From Flavobacteriales bacterium (lineage in GTDB: Bacteria; Bacteroidota; Bacteroidia; UBA10329): DNA of 64,000 nucleotides. The DNA lies in the NCBI GenBank assembly GCA_021741075.1, contig JAIOYO010000003.1, positions 19,889 through 83,888 of the forward strand, given 5' to 3'. Shown here piece after piece: positions 37,513 to 46,487 of the stretch. The position numbers were made by a program, and so were the translations under genes. Below the pieces are notes generated by a model. It had not been told where the DNA came from. It ran no database searches and worked only from the letters and a program-made list of their open reading frames with translations. The stretch's first letter is position 1, and each line of letters begins with the position of its first letter.

Positions 37513-37764
37513 CCAAACAAATGTTTTTTGCCTCCAAACAAAAATTTGTTCTAGCCAAAAATGTTTTTGGAGCCTCCAAAAATGTTTTTCTCTACGCCAA
37601 AAATGTTTCTAGACCATCCAAAAATGTTTTTCTCTCCACCAAAAATGTTTCTAGACCCTCCAAAAATGTTTTTCGATGCGTCAGAAACATTTCCAGACCT
37701 TCCAAAACTATTTTTCCCTATATCAGAAACATTTCTAACCCCTCAGAAGAAGTGTTTTTCGACT
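37513..37764. repeat. tandem repeat: 12 strictly phased 21-bp units (core CCAAAAATGTTTTT)
   Basis: Units start at 37513, 37534, 37555 ... 37744 with no phase slips. Units 4+5 and 6+7 form a 42-bp higher-order repeat. Units 9 and 11 carry the core in inverted orientation (AGAAACATTT). Confidence 0.9.
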
Positions 37765-37781
37765 CTTAACCAAGAGACAAT

Positions 37782-38510
37782 TCAATCCTCCACCTCATAC
37801 ACCAAACGCATGGTAATGCTGGCGGTTTTGTTCTTGTCTTCGGTGTTGAAGGCTCCGCCCCAACTGTAATCTTCGTTGGAGTTTTGGCCGGTAATCTGAA
37901 AAACGCCCATGGTGGCGGTTTGCAGCTTACCGAGTCCGCCTCCCGAGTTGGTGGCAATGGTTTCGGCACGAAGGCGCGCATCTTCAGAGGCTTTACGAAT
38001 CATTTCAACCTTCAGGTCGGCCATTTTGGTGTAGTAATAGCGTGGTGATTCGGAGTAAAACTGAAGCCCCTTGTTCATCAGTTCGGTAATGGCGCGCGAA
38101 AGTTCTTCTACCTTAATCACATCCGAAGATTCGATCTGAATGCTTTGGCTCAATTGAAACGCTTCGAATTCCTGTCCAACGTAATCGCCATTCTGATATT
38201 TCGGCTGCGATTTTTCGGAAGTGTTTACCGCTTTAAAAACCAATTCCTCGGACTTAATCCCTTTCGAAAGCAAGTATTCGCGAATGATCATCTTGTCTTT
38301 TTCCAAGGCAGCGTAGGCTTCTTGCAGGTCTCTGCTTTCGCGCACAAATCGGCCTTCCCAAACAATGAGGTCGGAGACGAAATCTTCGGAGCCGAGGCCC
38401 GTTACACTGATGGTTCCTTGCGTTTCGGCACGCTCAACATAGGCGTTTCCGAGAAAATAAGCTGCCAAAACGATGGCAAGCGAAAAGAGGATGGCGTTGG
38501 TTGTGTTCAT
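37782..38510 (-). CDS. SIMPL-domain (DUF541) periplasmic protein
   Basis: N-terminal anchor, then ...TISVTGLGSEDFVSDLIVWEGRF and overall layout as in the SIMPL/26-kDa periplasmic immunogenic protein family. Confidence 0.7.
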   Translation of the reverse strand: MNTTNAILFSLAIVLAAYFLGNAYVERAETQGTISVTGLGSEDFVSDLIVWEGRFVRESRDLQEAYAALEKDKMIIREYLLSKGIKSEELVFKAVNTSEKSQPKYQNGDYVGQEFEAFQLSQSIQIESSDVIKVEELSRAITELMNKGLQFYSESPRYYYTKMADLKVEMIRKASEDARLRAETIATNSGGGLGKLQTATMGVFQITGQNSNEDYSWGGAFNTEDKNKTASITMRLVYEVED

Positions 38511-38588
38511 GCAGTAAAGAACGCGAGAAACTGTGATTGTTGGATGCGCTCCAATTGCTTTAAGAAAAATTTTTCCGACAAGAAGAAA

Positions 38589-39365
38589 CTACTTCTTCAA
38601 AAGCAGCGTGGTCTTATTTATTGCCAGCGGAATTCGCATTCTGCGCTTGTACACCAAGGTTCCGCCAATGGCCAAAAGAATGGTGAGTGCACGGTAAATG
38701 TTGGCGTTTACATCGCCCAAGGCATTATCTGCTACATCATCAAAAAGGCTCCAACTCAAATTCATAAAGAAGTGAAGGAAGATGGGCACCCACAGGTTGT
38801 AATTCCACTCGCAATAAAGCCATGCAAAGAGTCCAGCGCCCATAAATGTGGTGATGAAAATTCCGACCAACGTGGCCAAATCCTGACTTTGATAAAGATG
38901 CAACGATGCGAAAATGAGGGCTGGCACAATTAGAGCCGGAAAGAAACCCAACTTGGTTTTCCGATAGAGCTGACCAAAAAAGAAACCGCGGTAATACAGC
39001 TCCTCAAAAAAGGCGGCAAACACGCATCCGAACCAAAATTCTCTGCCATCAATAGAAATCCGAAAACCACTTGGTAGCCCATAGCCAACCATCATCGGCA
39101 TGGAAAAAACAAAAGCGAGAACTACAGCTCGAAAAACATTGCCACGCAAGCCAAGTGGCTCTAATAAATGGCGCTCGTTGGCCAAATACACAAACACAAA
39201 AGTTGGAACGCCAACCAAGGCATAAATCAAAAAAAAGCTGAGCGGATAAAGGCTCAAAAAGCTTTCGAAGAAGTGAAATCCTTTGGCGAAGAAGGCCTCT
39301 TTTATCCAAAAAAAAGCAGCAAAGGACGTGAGTAGGGTCAGAATATATGCTACCGCTTTCTGCAT
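38589..39365 (-). CDS. CPBP-family intramembrane glutamic endopeptidase (CAAX protease-like)
   Basis: FFEELYYRGFFF (EExxxR), FASLHL, FLHFFMN motifs. Polytopic. Confidence 0.75.
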   Translation of the reverse strand: MQKAVAYILTLLTSFAAFFWIKEAFFAKGFHFFESFLSLYPLSFFLIYALVGVPTFVFVYLANERHLLEPLGLRGNVFRAVVLAFVFSMPMMVGYGLPSGFRISIDGREFWFGCVFAAFFEELYYRGFFFGQLYRKTKLGFFPALIVPALIFASLHLYQSQDLATLVGIFITTFMGAGLFAWLYCEWNYNLWVPIFLHFFMNLSWSLFDDVADNALGDVNANIYRALTILLAIGGTLVYKRRMRIPLAINKTTLLLKK

Positions 39366-39502
39366 GATTCGAAACTACGGAATACACTTTACGAATTCGC
39401 AACTAATTGGCACAAGGCAAAGTGGCATAGGTGCAAAAGGCTTTATGGAATTCTGAAAACGGCTGCATCCAGAAAGAAAGTTTAACCTAAAAATCTACAA
39501 TC

Positions 39503-40792
39503 ATGAAAACGCTTGCAATCATCATCACTTCCGTATCAACCCTCATTTTCATCAGTCTTTATTCCATTTTCCCCAACCGATTTGCTTCGCGATTGGTAGA
39601 GAAAGAGCAAGGCTGCGTATTCAACTCCATGATGGGCTTAGAAACCACCGAAGACTACGCCAAATTTAAAACGCCCGAAAAGGTGGTTCAATCCATCGAC
39701 CACGCCTTGGGTTGGATGGCCGAAGCTCAGCAGCAAAATGGCGGCTGGGGAGCGGGCAGTCATTACAAGCAAATGGAAATGGACCCACACGCGGTGGCGG
39801 CCGACCCTGCCACCACATCGATGGTGGGCATGGCCTTGCTGCGCAACGGAAGCACGCTCGAAAAAGGGCAATACAGCGCGCAACTCAAAAAAGCCGTAGA
39901 ATACATTCTGAAGGAAGTGGAGAATGCGAGCCCCAACTCATTGAACATCACATCGCTTCAGAACACGCAGATTCAGACCAAATTGGGGCAGAACATTGAT
40001 GTGGTACTTGCTTCGCAGTTTCTCACCAATCTGTTGGAGAAAGTGCCTGCCAACGACCCATTAAGAAAGCGAATTAATGAGGCCTTGAATGTGTGCGTGG
40101 TGAAAATACAGAACGGGCAGATGGCCGATGGTAGCACGCAAGGAGCGGGTTGGGCCGGTGTGCTGCAATCTTCGTTGGCCTCCAACGCGCTGGTAGCGGC
40201 CGAGCACGCAGGGGCGAAAGTTGACGTGAAAAAACTTGAAAAGGCGCGCGACTATCAGAAAGCCAATTTTGATGCTGAAACTGGAAGCGTGAACACAGAC
40301 AAAGGTGCTGGAATTGTGCTCTATTCCGTGTCGGGTTCGGCACGAGCTGCCGCCAAAGAGGCCCGCGAAGTGGAAGAACAAATGACCAAGGCCTCACGCG
40401 CTCCGAAAGGCGAACCCGTGCAAGCGAAAGACCTCGAAGATTTGGGCTACAGCAAAGACGATGCAATGAAAAAAGCTGCGGCTTACAATGTTTATCAGAG
40501 TGCCAAGCAAACCGCGCAGCGCGAAGATGTGATGAGTGGTTTTGGCAACAACGGTGGCGAGGAATTCCTCAGCTTTTTGCAAACTGGCGAAGGAATGGTG
40601 ATTGCCAAAGACAATTCGTGGAAGAACTGGTATGACGATATTTCTGGAAAAATGGTAAGAATTCAGAATCAGGACGGAAGCTGGAACGGTCATCATTGCA
40701 TCACAAGTCCGGTGTTTTGCACCGCTACCTGCTTACTCATTCTTTCGATAGAAAACGATTTGCAAAACCTGCAGAAAATGGGCGGTTCGTAG
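39503..40792 (+). CDS. prenyltransferase/squalene-oxidase-repeat (alpha/alpha-toroid) protein, membrane-anchored
   Basis: N-terminal TM. Repeated Q..(N/D)G(G/S)W(G/N) motifs (QQNGGWGAG; QNQDGSWNG). Confidence 0.5.
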   Translation: MKTLAIIITSVSTLIFISLYSIFPNRFASRLVEKEQGCVFNSMMGLETTEDYAKFKTPEKVVQSIDHALGWMAEAQQQNGGWGAGSHYKQMEMDPHAVAADPATTSMVGMALLRNGSTLEKGQYSAQLKKAVEYILKEVENASPNSLNITSLQNTQIQTKLGQNIDVVLASQFLTNLLEKVPANDPLRKRINEALNVCVVKIQNGQMADGSTQGAGWAGVLQSSLASNALVAAEHAGAKVDVKKLEKARDYQKANFDAETGSVNTDKGAGIVLYSVSGSARAAAKEAREVEEQMTKASRAPKGEPVQAKDLEDLGYSKDDAMKKAAAYNVYQSAKQTAQREDVMSGFGNNGGEEFLSFLQTGEGMVIAKDNSWKNWYDDISGKMVRIQNQDGSWNGHHCITSPVFCTATCLLILSIENDLQNLQKMGGS

Positions 40793-40796
40793 AGAT

Positions 40797-40857
40797 GCGA
40801 TGCTTCTCGTCTCTGTCAAGGGCGAATATTTGATTGTTCTGAGACGCGAAGCATCGC
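40797..40857. repeat. inverted-repeat intergenic element
   Basis: GCGATGCTTCTCGTCTC (40797-40813) pairs with GAGACGCGAAGCATCGC (40841-40857): 17-bp arms, 1 mismatch, 27-nt spacer. Confidence 0.6.
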
Positions 40858-40870
40858 GCCCCTACAGAAA

Positions 40871-40900
40871 GGCCCGATGGAACATGTGTCCCATCGGGCC
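40871..40900. terminator. hairpin terminator between convergent genes
   Basis: GGCCCGATGG-N10-CCATCGGGCC is a perfect 10-bp GC-rich stem. It is followed by ATTTGCTT on the plus strand and TTTCTGT on the minus strand. Confidence 0.55.
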
Positions 40901-40921
40901 ATTTGCTTCAATACAATTGTA

Positions 40922-41818
40922 TTACCAAAGCGGACTTGGGTATTTTCCTTCGTCCACCATTTTCTTAAATGCATCTACCACACTTTGGCGGTCTTCTTGG
41001 TAGGTAACGCCATACCATCTATCGTTAGATGTAAGAATTGGGAAAGAAGCCGCTTTTGCAGCAATTAAATTATCTGCCACCAACGGAATAAAGAATTCGG
41101 CTTTGGGATTATCTTGATTTTCTCGAACAAAATCGATGAACATCTTTCTGCTCACTTCAAAAATATTTGGATGAAATCCCCAGAAGTTCATGGAAACCAC
41201 CGAGTCGGTTGGCACTTCAAAAGAGGCATCCCCATCATGATAAACTACCTTCTCTCCTACCCAATGAATCTTGGTTCGCTCGTCAATTTTCGCCAAATTA
41301 TTGGTTGCATCTGCCACACAAACCCCTCTGCTTACTTGTCCGTGCTCGCTTAATGTGTTCTTCAATACATAGCCTACCATGGTGTAAGTATCTTCCGAAC
41401 ATTTGTTCTTTAGAAAATCGGCAATCTGATGAAAACCATCTGCACCATAAAAATCATCGGCATTAATAACTGCAAATGGTTCGTTGATTACATCGTGTGC
41501 AACCAAAACCGCGTGCATGGTTCCCCAAGGTTTTTCGCGGTGAGGTAGATTTTTGATTCCCTCAACAGGTGTATTCACATCCTGATAGGCATAGGCGATT
41601 TCAATTTTATCCTCAAACTTTCCGGTGAACCGTTCTTTAAAATCATCGGCAAACGATTCGCGAATAACGAACACTACTTTCCCAAATCCTGCTTGAATTG
41701 CATCGTAAATTGAATATTCAATGATGGTTTCGCCATTCGGACCAAGAGGGTCAATCTGCTTCAGTCCGCCATATCGGCTTCCCATTCCAGCAGCAAGTAT
41801 TAGTAGTGTCGGTTTCAT
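40922..41818 (-). CDS. sugar-phosphate nucleotidyltransferase-family protein
   Basis: ATG at 41818 gives MKPTLLILAAGMGSRYGGLKQ (G-rich NTP-transferase loop). The longer track ORF to 42166 runs antisense into rsmE. Confidence 0.7.
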   Translation of the reverse strand: MKPTLLILAAGMGSRYGGLKQIDPLGPNGETIIEYSIYDAIQAGFGKVVFVIRESFADDFKERFTGKFEDKIEIAYAYQDVNTPVEGIKNLPHREKPWGTMHAVLVAHDVINEPFAVINADDFYGADGFHQIADFLKNKCSEDTYTMVGYVLKNTLSEHGQVSRGVCVADATNNLAKIDERTKIHWVGEKVVYHDGDASFEVPTDSVVSMNFWGFHPNIFEVSRKMFIDFVRENQDNPKAEFFIPLVADNLIAAKAASFPILTSNDRWYGVTYQEDRQSVVDAFKKMVDEGKYPSPLW

Positions 41819-41928
41819 ATTTCTTTTTGTTTGAGTCGCGAATATAGAAAGCGCATTGCGCGCCACGAAATGAACACAGACCACTTTCGCACCAAGGTTT
41901 GTGAATCTCACAATCGTAAATTCGCGGC

Positions 41929-42615
41929 ATGCATATTTTCTATCAACCCCAACTTCAGAATGGCTTACTAGAGCTAAGCGAAGAAGAAACACGTCATGCC
42001 GTTCGGGTGTTGCGATTAAGCGTGGGCGATACGATTGGCGTGATAGATGGCAAAGGCATGTTTGCCAAGGCCGAGATTTCAGAAATTTCGAAAAGAACCT
42101 GTGCATTCCGAATCGTTGAAAAAACGTTAGAGGAAGCGCCAGTTTTGCCAAAAATTGCCATTGCACCTACAAAAAGCACCGATCGTTTTGAATGGTTTTT
42201 GGAGAAAGCAGTAGAAATTGGCGTAAGCGAAATATGTCCGATAAGCTGTTCAAATTCCGAAAGACGCGTTCTTAAATTAGATCGCTGCGAAAAAATTCTG
42301 TTGGCCGCCATGAAACAAAGCCAGCGGAATTGGCTACCAAAATTGCACGAACTGACTTCGGTAGAAACCTTTATTGAGCATGCAGATACCCCTTTATTAA
42401 TGGCTCATTGCCGCGAGGCGGAAAAGGTGGTTTTGTCTAATCAGATGCAACCCGATTCGTGGATAATGATTGGACCAGAAGGCGATTTTACCCTCGAAGA
42501 AATTGAACTGGCGCTAAAAAACAGAGCCACCCAAATAGATTTGGGCAAAAGCCGTTTACGAACCGAAACCGCTGGAATATTTGCACTTTCGGTGCTCAAT
42601 TATTTAAATCAATGA
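41929..42615 (+). CDS. rsmE: 16S rRNA (uracil1498-N3)-methyltransferase
   Basis: MHIFYQP...EE..H...VLR...GD.I...DG.G; C-terminal SPOUT knot GPEGDFT..E; LG...LR.ETA. Confidence 0.85.
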   Translation: MHIFYQPQLQNGLLELSEEETRHAVRVLRLSVGDTIGVIDGKGMFAKAEISEISKRTCAFRIVEKTLEEAPVLPKIAIAPTKSTDRFEWFLEKAVEIGVSEICPISCSNSERRVLKLDRCEKILLAAMKQSQRNWLPKLHELTSVETFIEHADTPLLMAHCREAEKVVLSNQMQPDSWIMIGPEGDFTLEEIELALKNRATQIDLGKSRLRTETAGIFALSVLNYLNQ

Positions 42616-43286
42616 AAAGCATAGTTCTTGGGTCGTTCATCATACTGCTAAACGTTTTTGCTCCAAAAGCGCAGAACTTCAAACTTGCGGTTCTTAAGTA
42701 TAACGGAGGAGGCGATTGGTATGCAAATCTTACCACATCTGTTCCTAATTTGATTGAATTTTGCAACAAGGAATTGAATGCCGGAATTGATACGGAACAG
42801 GAAGTGGTGGAAATTGGTTCCAAGGAATTGTTCAACTATCCGTTTGTGCATATGACTGGTCACGGAAACGTGATTTTCTCCGATTTAGAATCGCAAAACT
42901 TGAGAAAGTATTTGCTTTCTGGCGGATTCCTTCACATAGATGATAACTATGGCATGGATCAATTTGTGAGAACAGAAATAAAGAAAGTGTTTCCTGAGTA
43001 CGAACTCACCGAATTGCCATTTTCGCATCCCATCTATCACCAGAAGTATGACTTTAATAAGGGATTGCCAAAGATTCATGAGCATAACGAAAAACGCCCC
43101 GAAGGTTTGGGCATTATCCACAACGGAAGATTGGTCTTGTTCTATTCTTTCGAATGCGATCTTGGCGATGGTTGGGAAAGTCCAGCAGTTCATGGCGACA
43201 GCAACGAATCCAGAACCAAGGCACTTCAAATGGGAGCCAATATTGTTCAGTATGTGTTGATGGGCAACGACCCAGATAAACTCTGA
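42612..43286 (+). CDS. DUF4159-domain protein
   Basis: Signal peptide; LAVLKYNGGGDWYAN, FVHMTGHGNVIFSD. ATGA overlap with rsmE. Confidence 0.6.
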   Translation: MKSIVLGSFIILLNVFAPKAQNFKLAVLKYNGGGDWYANLTTSVPNLIEFCNKELNAGIDTEQEVVEIGSKELFNYPFVHMTGHGNVIFSDLESQNLRKYLLSGGFLHIDDNYGMDQFVRTEIKKVFPEYELTELPFSHPIYHQKYDFNKGLPKIHEHNEKRPEGLGIIHNGRLVLFYSFECDLGDGWESPAVHGDSNESRTKALQMGANIVQYVLMGNDPDKL

Positions 43287-44765
43287 TTACACAGAAGGCA
43301 ATTCTACCTTCATCAAAAAATCTTTTGTTCGCACCATGTGCGGATGCATTTGTTCGTCTTCATGAAGAAATGGAACAAGATTTCGGTATTCAGCCATAAA
43401 CTTTTCGATAACGGGCGAGCTCTTTTCTGGCCGTCTAAAATCTAACGCTTGAGCTGCTGTAAAAAGCTCAATTGCCAGCACCTGATAAACATTTTCTACC
43501 ACCTCGTAAAGTTTTGTTGCCGCATTTGCCCCCATGCTTACGTGGTCTTCTTGTCCGTTCGAACTCACAATGCTATCTACCGAAGCGGGCGAGCATAATT
43601 GTTTATTCTGACTTACAATTCCGGCCGATGTGTATTGCGGAATCATAAAACCAGAATGCAGCCCTGGCTTTTTAACTAGATAAACGGGCAATCCGTTTTT
43701 GCCCAAAATGAGCTGAAAGGTTCTGCGCTCCGAAATATTGGCCAGCTCTGCCAATGCTATTGCCAAAAAATCGTAGGAAATAGCCAGCGGCTGACCATGA
43801 AAATTTCCTGCAGAAATAATCTTATCCTCATCAGGAAAGATGAGCGGGTTATCGGAAACTGAATTTAATTCGCGCTCCACCACTTGCTTTACATGTTCAA
43901 TGGCGTCAATACTTGCACCATGTACTTGGGGCATGCAACGAAACGAATATGGATCTTGAATATGCTTTTTTGGTTTGGCAGCAAGATGGCTATCATTTAA
44001 AAAAGCGCGCAGCCTTCTGGCCGATGTAATCTGCCCCGGATGTGGTCTTACTTCATGAACTGATGGGTCGAATGGCGCAGTCAATCCTCCGTAAGCATCT
44101 AACGCAATAGCACCAATAAGATCGGCAAGTAAACCAAGTCTTTCGGCATGATACACGCAATAAGCTCCATAAGCCGACATAAACTGCGTGCCATTAAGCA
44201 ACGCCAAACCTTCCTTCATTCGCAACTGAAGCGGTTGCCATCCTAATTCGGCCAAAGCGTCTTTTGCAGATACCTCCTTACCATTCATTAAAACTTCGCC
44301 CTCGCCAATTAGTGGAAGACATAAGTGAGCAAGAGGCGCCAAATCACCACTAGCACCAAGAGAGCCTTGTGTATATATAAGAGGAAGAACATCAAAATTG
44401 AAATGATCCACCAACCGCAGGACAGTATCCTTATGAACCCCGCTGTTCCCGTAAAGCATATTCCACACTTTTAGGCACAGCATGGCTCGCACAATATTGT
44501 TTGGAACCCGCTTTCCTGTTCCACAAGCATGAGAAAGGATAAGGTTAGACTGAAGCGCTTCCAGACCATCATCATCAATTCGAATATCACTTAGGGAGCC
44601 AAAACCAGTATTCACTCCGTAAATGGTTTCGCCCGTTCGAGCTACGCGTTCATTCAAATATTCGTACGAACGCTCGATATCAGCAAGAGCAGAATCGGGA
44701 AGTTCTAACTTGGTGCTGCCCAGCAATTCTGCAAGGCCTTCTATTGTGAGCTTAGTCTTTTGCAT
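43287..44765 (-). CDS. hutH: histidine ammonia-lyase
   Basis: MIO-forming GSLGASGDLAPLAHL. Substrate-switch residues NLILSHACGTG (Ser-His) are HAL-type. Confidence 0.9.
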   Translation of the reverse strand: MQKTKLTIEGLAELLGSTKLELPDSALADIERSYEYLNERVARTGETIYGVNTGFGSLSDIRIDDDGLEALQSNLILSHACGTGKRVPNNIVRAMLCLKVWNMLYGNSGVHKDTVLRLVDHFNFDVLPLIYTQGSLGASGDLAPLAHLCLPLIGEGEVLMNGKEVSAKDALAELGWQPLQLRMKEGLALLNGTQFMSAYGAYCVYHAERLGLLADLIGAIALDAYGGLTAPFDPSVHEVRPHPGQITSARRLRAFLNDSHLAAKPKKHIQDPYSFRCMPQVHGASIDAIEHVKQVVERELNSVSDNPLIFPDEDKIISAGNFHGQPLAISYDFLAIALAELANISERRTFQLILGKNGLPVYLVKKPGLHSGFMIPQYTSAGIVSQNKQLCSPASVDSIVSSNGQEDHVSMGANAATKLYEVVENVYQVLAIELFTAAQALDFRRPEKSSPVIEKFMAEYRNLVPFLHEDEQMHPHMVRTKDFLMKVELPSV

Positions 44766-46302
44766 CGTTTTTAGCTTTCAGCAATTCGTGCAAAGGTTGC
44801 TCCGAAATTTTGGATTCTACCCAAGAAATTAAATCTAAGGTAGAAAGTGCATTTCGTTCTCCAGGTTCGTAACTAACGGCAATCAAATCGGTCTTCAGTT
44901 TCAAGAAAATATCCTTGTCTTTACGCAGCAAATCATTCTTAGAAAACTTCTTCATAAACGATAGCATTATTTCCTCAAACTCATAAAGTCCTTCTAGTTT
45001 ATTCAGATATCTGTACGTAGATCTGGCCAAATACTCCAACAGCTCGCTTCTACCAAGCTCGAATTGTAGAATCATAGTCATTAATCTTGTAGACGCATGT
45101 AAATCTTCTACGGAATTAATGGCGGTATCATTCAAAATCATATTTAACCATCTCAGAGATCTAGAATATTCGCCAATGCTAAATAGAAAATAAGACACAT
45201 TGAAATAAAGATGGAGCACCACGTACTTTCGATGGTACCCTTCAATTTTCTGTTGCAACTCTCTAATTCTTCCGACTAATTCTAATCCCGCTTCTCGATT
45301 CCCTAACCGAGTATAGAGCGCTAATTTTGCGATAGACACTTGAAGAAAAATCCTAGTTGCAATCTCATCCGAAAAATGACTCTTCAGAGATCTTTCTTCT
45401 ATCGATTCCAGTTTCAGAATTAATTCTTCAACCTCGTTCCATTTATGAAGCTTAACACAAATAGGAATCAAATTATTGAGGGCAACGAAATAACTCTGAA
45501 CGATGCTTCTACTAAACGCAGTTCCAAACTTATCTTCAACCAGATTTAGTAATTCTACTCTATATCTATAAGCCTCTTCCCAGTTTCCGTTGATTTTATT
45601 GTATTGAGCATGAATATTTAAGAAGCAGCATTTCGAACGAAAAGTTAAGGCTCTATCAGGGTCCTTTAGCGCAAATTGATTTACGATTTGATCATTGGTT
45701 TTATAATCATCATTCCTTCGTTCAATACCTATCTTGTAATAGTTGTTGAATATTTTCGATTGTAAATCACTGTACTCCCGTTCATTTTGCAGCGAGCCAA
45801 GAATCTCATAGTATTCCTCAGATAGGTTGTCAATGTCAGATTCGTCTTTATCGATGTAAAACTCTTCGGACAGAAACCGCGATTCCCACTCCAATACCAA
45901 TAAAATTACTTGAAAACTATCGTGCTTCTCAGCCATCTTCCGAACTTTTTTAAGCAACCCATGCGCTTGTTCGACTAAGCCTTTTTCGTAAAGAAACTGT
46001 ACATCTTGAACCATTCCATATAACCGAAACTCTATTGTGCGCTTTAGATGATAGAGGCGCATGGCTTTTAAAATCGATTCGTATAAATGATTTTGGGTAA
46101 CTGCCAATTGTTCAAGAAACTTCTCGCCCTCAAACCTAATTCTCAGTTCTTCTTCGTCAAACCCATTTGAATCGGAATAGTAATCGAACAGACGGGCCAA
46201 ATTGCTATCTTTCTTTTGCAAGGATGCTTGCAACTTGAAGTATCTTTTCTCATTCAATTCAAGTGACTGAACCAATTCAAACAAGCGATCTCCTTTAGAC
46301 AT
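44752..46302 (-). CDS. hypothetical all-helical (TPR-like) protein
   Basis: 516 aa with no TM, signal or catalytic motif, and helical-repeat-like composition. Its 3' end overlaps the hutH start by 14 nt. Confidence 0.5.
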   Translation of the reverse strand: MSKGDRLFELVQSLELNEKRYFKLQASLQKKDSNLARLFDYYSDSNGFDEEELRIRFEGEKFLEQLAVTQNHLYESILKAMRLYHLKRTIEFRLYGMVQDVQFLYEKGLVEQAHGLLKKVRKMAEKHDSFQVILLVLEWESRFLSEEFYIDKDESDIDNLSEEYYEILGSLQNEREYSDLQSKIFNNYYKIGIERRNDDYKTNDQIVNQFALKDPDRALTFRSKCCFLNIHAQYNKINGNWEEAYRYRVELLNLVEDKFGTAFSRSIVQSYFVALNNLIPICVKLHKWNEVEELILKLESIEERSLKSHFSDEIATRIFLQVSIAKLALYTRLGNREAGLELVGRIRELQQKIEGYHRKYVVLHLYFNVSYFLFSIGEYSRSLRWLNMILNDTAINSVEDLHASTRLMTMILQFELGRSELLEYLARSTYRYLNKLEGLYEFEEIMLSFMKKFSKNDLLRKDKDIFLKLKTDLIAVSYEPGERNALSTLDLISWVESKISEQPLHELLKAKNDAKD

Positions 46303-46415
46303 AGTATCAGATTTTTTCGTTCAGTAAAACTAAATTATCGACAAATTGAAAGTCTGAAAGTTAAAAAATCGTTTGAACTTGTTTCAATTAAGACAAAAAC
46401 TGTAGAATGAAATAG

Positions 46416-46423
46416 TAATTTTG
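46416..46423 (+). promoter_or_regulatory. candidate -7 promoter box (TAATTTTG)
   Basis: Exact TAnnTTTG match 65 nt upstream of the ATG at 46488. Confidence 0.35.
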
Positions 46424-46487
46424 TTAGCGGCATAAGGGAAATGACACATTTCAAATGCTCCTATTATCATTACTAAACGTTCGTAAT

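Noticed and set aside
37513-37764. CRISPR array
   Set aside because: The 21-bp units are contiguous with no unique spacers. The period is far too short, and no cas genes or leader are present.
37500-37869. 89-aa and 102-aa ORFs spanning the 21-bp array, taken as genuine heptad-repeat proteins
   Set aside because: Not annotated as CDS. The open frames follow automatically from a 21-bp (7-codon) period. One ORF has a TTG start, and the other runs antisense into the SIMPL gene. The idea is kept as an open alternative under the repeat finding.
36066-40792. GC-rich patch (amt and the prenyltransferase-repeat gene, with many alternate-frame shadow ORFs) as a horizontally acquired island
   Set aside because: The enrichment is confined to Ala/Gly-rich coding regions and the genes between them have ordinary composition. 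There are no integrase, tRNA or direct-repeat boundaries. GC was judged by eye only.
41819-42166. 116-aa N-terminal extension of the nucleotidyltransferase ORF
   Set aside because: It runs antisense through the rsmE start region and has Cys/Arg-rich junk composition. The NTP-transferase glycine loop begins right after the ATG at 41818.
43287-44765. hutH as a tyrosine/phenylalanine ammonia-lyase for flexirubin-type pigment synthesis
   Set aside because: The substrate-selectivity position reads Ser-His (NLILSHACG), as in histidine ammonia-lyases. It is not His-Leu (TAL) or Phe-Leu (PAL). No flexirubin genes (darA/darB, CoA ligase) are nearby.
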